Assembly: GCA_964248365.1 (NCBI GenBank)
Contig: CAXTYC010000001.1
Location: 160,001 to 224,000 of the forward strand
Origin: an uncultured Chroococcidiopsis sp.
GTDB lineage: Bacteria > Cyanobacteriota > Cyanobacteriia > Cyanobacteriales > Chroococcidiopsidaceae
DNA length: 64,000 bases
Direction of reading: 5' to 3'
The notes beneath the pieces are model-generated. The model was not told where the DNA came from. It did not search any database and saw nothing but the letters and a program-made list of their open reading frames with translations. Position numbers and translations under genes: made by a program. Numbering within the stretch: the first letter of the stretch is position 1; every line of letters begins with the position of its first letter. Below are positions 58,324-64,000 of the stretch, in pieces.

Positions 58324-59538
58324 ATGACGGGACAAGGGGACAGAAGAAAGCTGGGGGAGCAAGAGGGGATGGGGGAGCAAAAAGAAAATTCTTCTCTTTG
58401 CGCCTTTGCACCGGACACTTTGCTCAACGGGGGGAACCCCCGCACGCAAGTGTCCTCGTCTTTGCGCGACCAAAATCCAAAATCCAAAATCTTAGTAACG
58501 GGTGGTGCAGGTTTTATTGGCTCGAATTTTGTTCATCATTGGTGTAATGTTTACCCGAATGACCGAGTGGTAGTGCTCGATGCGCTGACTTATGCTGGAA
58601 ATCGAAGCAATTTGGAGGGTTTAGACGGGAAAAATTTTCGTTTTGTACAGGGGGATATAGGCGATCGCTCTCTTGTCGATCAGTTGCTTGCGGCAGAAGA
58701 TATCAACATTATTGCCCATTTTGCGGCTGAATCTCATGTCGATCGCTCTATTTTAAAACCTGGGGCTTTTATTCAAACGAATGTAGTCGGAACTTTCACC
58801 CTACTAGAAGCTTTTCGTCAACACTGGGAGGCTAATGGTAAGCCAGCCGAATACCGTTTTCTCCACGTTTCTACTGATGAAGTTTACGGTAGTCTCGGTG
58901 TGAATGATCCTGCTTTTACTGAAACTACACCCTATGCCCCTAATAGTCCATATTCAGCATCTAAAGCTGGTAGCGATCACTTAGTTCGAGCCTATTATCA
59001 TACCTATGGCTTGCCGACAATTATTACTAATTGCTCTAATAATTATGGTCCTTATCAGTTTCCAGAAAAGCTGATTCCCCTAATGTGTATCAATATTTTA
59101 ATGGGCAAATCACTACCTGTTTATGGTGATGGGCAAAATGTCCGAGATTGGCTCTATGTGGGCGATCATTGTAGTGCATTAGATGTAGTAATCAGGGGTG
59201 GTAAGCCTGGTGAAACTTACAACATTGGTGGCAATAATGAAGTTAAAAATATCGAAATTGTTAAAATGTTGTGCCAATTGATGGATGAATTAGCTCCCGA
59301 TTTACCTGTGTCTCCTTCTCATCAGCTAATGACTTTTGTTAAAGATCGCCCTGGACACGATCGCCGATATGCTATTAATGCCAATAAAATTAAAACTCAA
59401 CTGAGTTGGACACCCGCAGTAACTGTACAATACGGGTTACGACAAACAGTTGAATGGTATTTATCTCACCGCGAATGGTGGCAACCTCTACTTTCCCCAG
59501 AGTATAAAGCTTACTATCAAAAGGTTTATGTTAGCTAG
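58324..59538 (+). CDS. rfbB: dTDP-glucose 4,6-dehydratase
   Basis: ILVTGGAGFIG, HFAAESHVDRS, VSTDEVYG, YSASKA, NNYGPYQFPEK, DRPGHDRRY; repeat-derived N-terminal extension, so start uncertain. Confidence 0.93.
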   Translation: MTGQGDRRKLGEQEGMGEQKENSSLCAFAPDTLLNGGNPRTQVSSSLRDQNPKSKILVTGGAGFIGSNFVHHWCNVYPNDRVVVLDALTYAGNRSNLEGLDGKNFRFVQGDIGDRSLVDQLLAAEDINIIAHFAAESHVDRSILKPGAFIQTNVVGTFTLLEAFRQHWEANGKPAEYRFLHVSTDEVYGSLGVNDPAFTETTPYAPNSPYSASKAGSDHLVRAYYHTYGLPTIITNCSNNYGPYQFPEKLIPLMCINILMGKSLPVYGDGQNVRDWLYVGDHCSALDVVIRGGKPGETYNIGGNNEVKNIEIVKMLCQLMDELAPDLPVSPSHQLMTFVKDRPGHDRRYAINANKIKTQLSWTPAVTVQYGLRQTVEWYLSHREWWQPLLSPEYKAYYQKVYVS

Positions 59539-59723
59539 CTGGATTTAAGAATGTTAAGGTATTCACCAAAATTGAGATCAGTGTGAATAAAAGCAGCACT
59601 CATACGAGCAATGAAATGTTAGATGTCGTACCTTTCAAAAGCATTTAGATAGCGTAGTATCTTAATTAAAACTTACAATTCCAGATTAGGCGGAATTCAT
59701 GTTCTGGAATATAAGACACACCA

Positions 59724-59966
59724 TCACCAAGCTTCACAGCCTACAGAACTACCAGTGTCTACCTCAGTATGAAGATTTTCTGGCGGAACTCCTGCAAGTA
59801 GTTCTTCAAGGTTATATTTCTTAGGCTCAGGTGTGACAACCAATCTACCTTCTGATACGCTAATACCTACATCTGTATCTTCTTTTAAATGAGCTTTTTG
59901 GGCAAGCTCTTTGGGAATGCGAAGGATAAAACTATCTCCCCACTTTTCAACTACTTGGGAGTACAT
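59724..59966 (-). CDS. mazE: AbrB/MazE family antitoxin (orphan)
   Basis: KWGDSFILRIPK...LVVTP..KYNLEELLAGVPPENLHTEVDTG..VGCEAW. Confidence 0.85.
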   Translation of the reverse strand: MYSQVVEKWGDSFILRIPKELAQKAHLKEDTDVGISVSEGRLVVTPEPKKYNLEELLAGVPPENLHTEVDTGSSVGCEAW

Positions 59967-60061
59967 ATTTTTTAGTGCGTCTTTAGAAGTATAATATTAT
60001 ACTTCTAAAGACGCAATGCGAGTCTGGAATTTCCTCTGTGTCCCATGCATTTTTTGCAGTT

Positions 60062-60586
60062 TTACCCACCCATCACTTGGGGGTAAGTGGTGTACAAAAA
60101 TACACCTACAGTTGCGATCGCCAACACCCCCTGAATTAAATTCCCCACCAACGAACCTACTACAATCCCCACTCCAGCCTTCAGTGCTAGCCCCAGATCG
60201 CGCTGATATAGGTATTCTCCCAAAAACGCGCCAAGTAGTGGTCCGATTAAAATCCCCAGTAATGGTCCTCCAACGGGCAGTGCTGGTAATAAACCAAGAA
60301 TTCCCACCAACAAGCCAACAAAAGCGCCAATTTGCCCCCATTTACTAGCTCCTGCACGTTTCGCACCCCAATAAGTAGCCAAAAAGTCAATTCCTACACT
60401 GAGCAGCAAAACGGCGATCGTGACAATTAATGGTATAGTTACAAGACTCAAGGAACCGCTAACAAATCCCCAAATTACAATCGCAACCAAAATCAAGCTA
60501 GTGCCTGGAATTGTAGGTACAACAGCGCCGATAATGCCAACAACCATTACAGCAACTAGGAGCCAGTAGACGTAGACAATTGACAT
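60062..60586 (-). CDS. DUF456 family membrane protein
   Basis: GAVVPTIPG, GAKRAGASKWG, GPLLGAFLGE. Confidence 0.85.
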   Translation of the reverse strand: MSIVYVYWLLVAVMVVGIIGAVVPTIPGTSLILVAIVIWGFVSGSLSLVTIPLIVTIAVLLLSVGIDFLATYWGAKRAGASKWGQIGAFVGLLVGILGLLPALPVGGPLLGILIGPLLGAFLGEYLYQRDLGLALKAGVGIVVGSLVGNLIQGVLAIATVGVFLYTTYPQVMGG

Positions 60587-60647
60587 AATGGGTAATCGAT
60601 AATTGGTAATGGGTAATTGTCTTGTTATTCCCCAAGTTTATTACTTT

Positions 60648-61316
60648 TTACCCGTTCGCGTTGCCAATATTATTCAAATAAGTGTTGAGTGTTACATCTA
60701 ATTTATCTGCAATTCCAGCAATCCAAGTTTCATCTTGCTTGGTATAACTGCGCGGAGCATTAGCTGCTAAGATCAACACACCTTTTTCACCAATCGGCTG
60801 GCAAATTACTCCTTGAGTATTTTCTGGTAAATAATCAAATTCAACTCGCCCTGGATATATTTTCAAATCTACCAGGTAGACAGGTTTGTGTTTTTCCAGC
60901 ACCCGCTGCAAAATTGCTCCTGGTTTCACCTGGGATTTAGCAGGTAAAATGCCCCGTCGTAGAAGTACTTTTTCTTGATAATAAACCAGTAGCGATCGCG
61001 TGGCTGTATTAGTTAACAACAGATGGGATGCCCAAGCTAGCTCTATTCTCACAGGCTGGGGTAAAAACTGTTCTAGCTCAAACTTTTCTTGTCCGACAAG
61101 TTGGACTGCATCAGGCGATCGCGGTGCAACTTGCTGCCACAATAAACCAGTCAAAATCAACAACGCACATAATATCACACCCAGCGCATCCGATCTAGCT
61201 TGAGCATCAGTCAACCCACTTGTTAACAACCGATTTATCAGCAGCAAGACACCACCCAACCCACCTACTACAATGGGTAAGCGCCGCAAAACTCGATTTG
61301 GATCAGGTTTAGCCAT
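60648..61316 (-). CDS. ccb4: Cofactor assembly of complex C subunit B (CCB4-like; heme ci attachment to cytochrome b6)
   Basis: LLINRL, QARSD, ELAWASHLLLTNT, YPGRVEFDYLP, PRSYTKQDE. Confidence 0.8.
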   Translation of the reverse strand: MAKPDPNRVLRRLPIVVGGLGGVLLLINRLLTSGLTDAQARSDALGVILCALLILTGLLWQQVAPRSPDAVQLVGQEKFELEQFLPQPVRIELAWASHLLLTNTATRSLLVYYQEKVLLRRGILPAKSQVKPGAILQRVLEKHKPVYLVDLKIYPGRVEFDYLPENTQGVICQPIGEKGVLILAANAPRSYTKQDETWIAGIADKLDVTLNTYLNNIGNANG

Positions 61317-61431
61317 ATTTTAGAAGGGACTAGGGATTAGGGGCTAGGGGCGAGGGAAATAATTTGTAATTCGTAATTGTTTTTTGCTCCCCCAGCTCCC
61401 CACAGCGAAAGAAAGCTCCCCCAGCTCTCCA

Positions 61432-62160
61432 TTACTCCTCTCCTGGTTCAATAATTCGTTGAAATAGATAGCCAGTACCCCTGGCGGTGAGAATTAACTC
61501 TGGATTACTTGGATCGTCTTCCAATTTTGCCCTGAGGCGCGAAATGTGAACATCTACTACCCTAGTATCTACGTGTCGTTCTGGGGTATATCCCCACACC
61601 TCTTGTAAAATTTCCGAGCGAGAAAAAGCTTCTCCTGAGCGACTTACTAGCAGTTCTAGTAAGCTAAACTCCATCCCAGTCAGCCGAATCCGCTCATCGC
61701 CTTTGTAGACTTGCCGCTTGTTGGTGTCAATTTTTATACTAGACACCTGAATTACACCAGAACTGGGAATTCCTGATGCACCAGTTTTGTCTACTCGCCG
61801 CAATACCGAGCGAATCCTAGCTTCTAGCTCTTTGGGGGAAAATGGTTTAACTACATAATCATCAGCACCTAGCTCTAGCCCGGTGATGCGATCAGCTACA
61901 TCTCCCAATGCTGTTAGCATAATAATAGGTACATCAGATTCCTTACGTAGTTCTTGACATACACCGTAGCCATCCAGCTTCGGCATCATTACATCTAAGA
62001 CTACCAAGTCTGGATCAGCTTTGCGAAATGTATCTAAGGCTTCTTCGCCATCAGCAGCTGTCACGACATCATAACCAATCATCGACAGCCGCGTTTCCAA
62101 AATGCGGCGAATGCTGGCTTCATCATCCACTACCAGGATTTTTTCTTTATGGCTTTCCAA
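61432..62160 (-). CDS. rpaB: OmpR-family response regulator RpaB (Ycf27)
   Basis: KEKILVVDDEASIRRILETRLSMIGY...RHVDTRVVDVHISRLRAKLEDDPSNPELILTARGTGY. Confidence 0.95.
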   Translation of the reverse strand: MESHKEKILVVDDEASIRRILETRLSMIGYDVVTAADGEEALDTFRKADPDLVVLDVMMPKLDGYGVCQELRKESDVPIIMLTALGDVADRITGLELGADDYVVKPFSPKELEARIRSVLRRVDKTGASGIPSSGVIQVSSIKIDTNKRQVYKGDERIRLTGMEFSLLELLVSRSGEAFSRSEILQEVWGYTPERHVDTRVVDVHISRLRAKLEDDPSNPELILTARGTGYLFQRIIEPGEE

Positions 62161-62336
62161 ACTTCTTAGCGCTCCTTGAATGAAAATTTAGAAGATTAAA
62201 TTTTAGTACCATACATTAATTATTTTATCTCATGGAGTAGTTGTAAAAAAGCCAGAATTCCTACCATGTCTGACTTCCAGGCTTTGTAAAAGTTTGCGAA
62301 ATGTGAAGATTATTTAACTTATTTAACTAATAACTA

Positions 62337-63884
62337 ATGGCAAAGGCTAAAACCTACTACGTTTGTAATGAATGCGGAGCAGAATCACCCCAATGGTTCG
62401 GCAAGTGTCCCGCCTGTGGCACATACAATTCCTTAGAAGAACAACTTGCTTCGTCCAATGCAGTACCAAGTCGGGGAGTAAGTTGGCAAGCGGCTGCTGG
62501 TAATGGTAAATCAATTACTAAGGTAGCCAAAGCTCGCGCTTCTCTGACATTTGACCAAATTAGCGATCGCACTGTAACTCGTTGGGTTTCTGGCTATGAA
62601 GAACTAGATCGAGTTCTAGGCGGTGGGATTGTTCCAGGTTCTTTGGTATTAATTGGCGGCGATCCTGGCATTGGCAAATCAACCCTGCTGCTGCAAGTTT
62701 CCAATCAACTAGCACAAAATTATCGCATCCTTTATGTTTGCGGGGAAGAATCAGGACAACAGGTAAAGTTAAGAGCTTCTCGCCTGGGAGTTACCAACTC
62801 GACTAATGATACCGATGACGAGGAAGTAGTAAAAACACCATCGCCAGCACTACCAACAGTTGTACACTCCCAACATCCGCCTTCCCAAATAGAACGGGGA
62901 AACCAGGCAGCTGGTGCAGATTTATATGTTTTGCCAGAAACGGATCTCGAAGAGGTTCTGCGGGAAATAGATTCACTCAAACCAAATGTGGCGGTGATTG
63001 ATAGTATTCAAACAGTGTATTTTCCCGCTTTAACTTCTGCACCTGGATCAGTTGCTCAGGTACGTGAATGTACTGCGGCGTTGATGCAAGTAGCAAAACG
63101 CGAAGATATTACAATGTTGATTGTGGGACACGTAACGAAAGAAGGAGCGATCGCAGGTCCCAAAGTATTAGAGCATTTAGTTGATACAGTACTGTATTTT
63201 GAAGGCGATCGCTTTGCTTCTCATCGTCTGCTGCGAACTGTGAAAAACCGCTTCGGCGCAACTCACGAAATCGGTATCTTTGAAATGGTTGATCGAGGGC
63301 TGCGGGAAGTCTCCAACCCCTCAGAAATATTTTTGGGCAACCGCAATGAACCCGCACCAGGGACAGCGCTTGTGGTAGCCTGTGAAGGAACTCGACCAAT
63401 AGTAGTTGAACTGCAAGCCTTGGTGAGTCCGACTAGTTACTCCTCGCCGCGTCGTTCTACGACTGGAATTGACTATAATCGACTGCTGCAAATTTTGGCA
63501 GTGTTGGAAAAAAGAGTAGGCATTCCTTTATCGAAATTAGATTCTTATGTAGCATCAGCTGGGGGATTGAATGTAGAGGAGCCAGCTGTAGATTTAGGAG
63601 TAGCGATCGCTGTTGTTGCTTCTTTCCGCGATCGCATTGTCGATCAGGGTACTGTATTAATCGGTGAAGTAGGATTGGGTGGGCAAGTACGCCCAGTTTC
63701 CCAAATGGAACTACGTTTGAAAGAAGCTGCTAAGCTAGGATTTAAGCGGGCAATTGTTCCCAAAGGGCAAACCTTCCCTGATGTAGATTTAGAAATTATC
63801 CCCGTCGCAAAGGTAATCGATGCAATCATCGCTGCTATCCCGCCACAAAGCTTTTCAGAATCGGACTTGGAAGAAGAAGAATAG
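62337..63884 (+). CDS. radA: DNA repair protein RadA/Sms
   Basis: CNECG...CPACG zinc finger, GGDPGIGKST, KNRFG motif, Lon-like C-terminus. Confidence 0.97.
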   Translation: MAKAKTYYVCNECGAESPQWFGKCPACGTYNSLEEQLASSNAVPSRGVSWQAAAGNGKSITKVAKARASLTFDQISDRTVTRWVSGYEELDRVLGGGIVPGSLVLIGGDPGIGKSTLLLQVSNQLAQNYRILYVCGEESGQQVKLRASRLGVTNSTNDTDDEEVVKTPSPALPTVVHSQHPPSQIERGNQAAGADLYVLPETDLEEVLREIDSLKPNVAVIDSIQTVYFPALTSAPGSVAQVRECTAALMQVAKREDITMLIVGHVTKEGAIAGPKVLEHLVDTVLYFEGDRFASHRLLRTVKNRFGATHEIGIFEMVDRGLREVSNPSEIFLGNRNEPAPGTALVVACEGTRPIVVELQALVSPTSYSSPRRSTTGIDYNRLLQILAVLEKRVGIPLSKLDSYVASAGGLNVEEPAVDLGVAIAVVASFRDRIVDQGTVLIGEVGLGGQVRPVSQMELRLKEAAKLGFKRAIVPKGQTFPDVDLEIIPVAKVIDAIIAAIPPQSFSESDLEEEE

Positions 63885-64000
63885 TTATCTTTGGCTGCTT
63901 TGTGGCGGGGATAAATTTACTAGACACAAGAAAATAACAATCATTGCCAGCTACTGGTTTTGGTGTTAGACAAAATACATTGTGAATCGGGAGTAACAAT

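Noticed and set aside
57942..58487. Minus-strand ORFs overlapping the rfaE1/rfbB junction
   Set aside because: Antisense to confident genes and composed of repeat-derived sequence
62204..62220. LexA box between rpaB and radA
   Set aside because: Only the AGTAC half-site is present; the second half does not match the cyanobacterial consensus
62790..62920. Intein or mobile insertion in RadA
   Set aside because: Low-complexity linker without intein motifs; variable inserts here are common in cyanobacterial RadA

Overview
Chromosomal window from a cyanobacterium. HIP1 octamers (GCGATCGC) recur throughout, heptameric short tandem repeats (STRRs) fill many intergenic regions, and there are cyanobacterial genes (rpaB, plmA, crtD, ccb4, txlA, a Mg-chelatase H paralogue). 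The repeat style suggests a Nostocales/Chroococcidiopsidales-type genome (inference). Most of the window is core genome: pstS, ureD-A-B-C, rpmF, asd-dapA-rnj, tig-clpP-clpX, rps1b, cobI, rfaE/rfbB, rpaB and radA. I found no rRNA, tRNA, CRISPR array or intact transposase. The most interesting items are: (1) a tandem pair of XRE repressors at 45.0-46.2 kb, each with its own co-diverged 14-bp palindrome inside a divergent promoter, next to decaying toxin-antitoxin genes; (2) an AT-rich, HIP1-free two-gene island at 18.0-19.7 kb encoding an AlkB dioxygenase with a clamp-motif-like N-terminus and a putative SAM methyltransferase ending in an SSB-like 'DIPF' tail; (3) a duplicated 54-nt double-hairpin module downstream of rnj that looks like an unannotated sRNA; (4) many very small mobile repeats that nest in each other, insert into HIP1 and sit in-frame inside proteins (chelatase H, UreD, an M16 peptidase, RfbB). 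All protein assignments come from motif recognition by eye; no searches were run.
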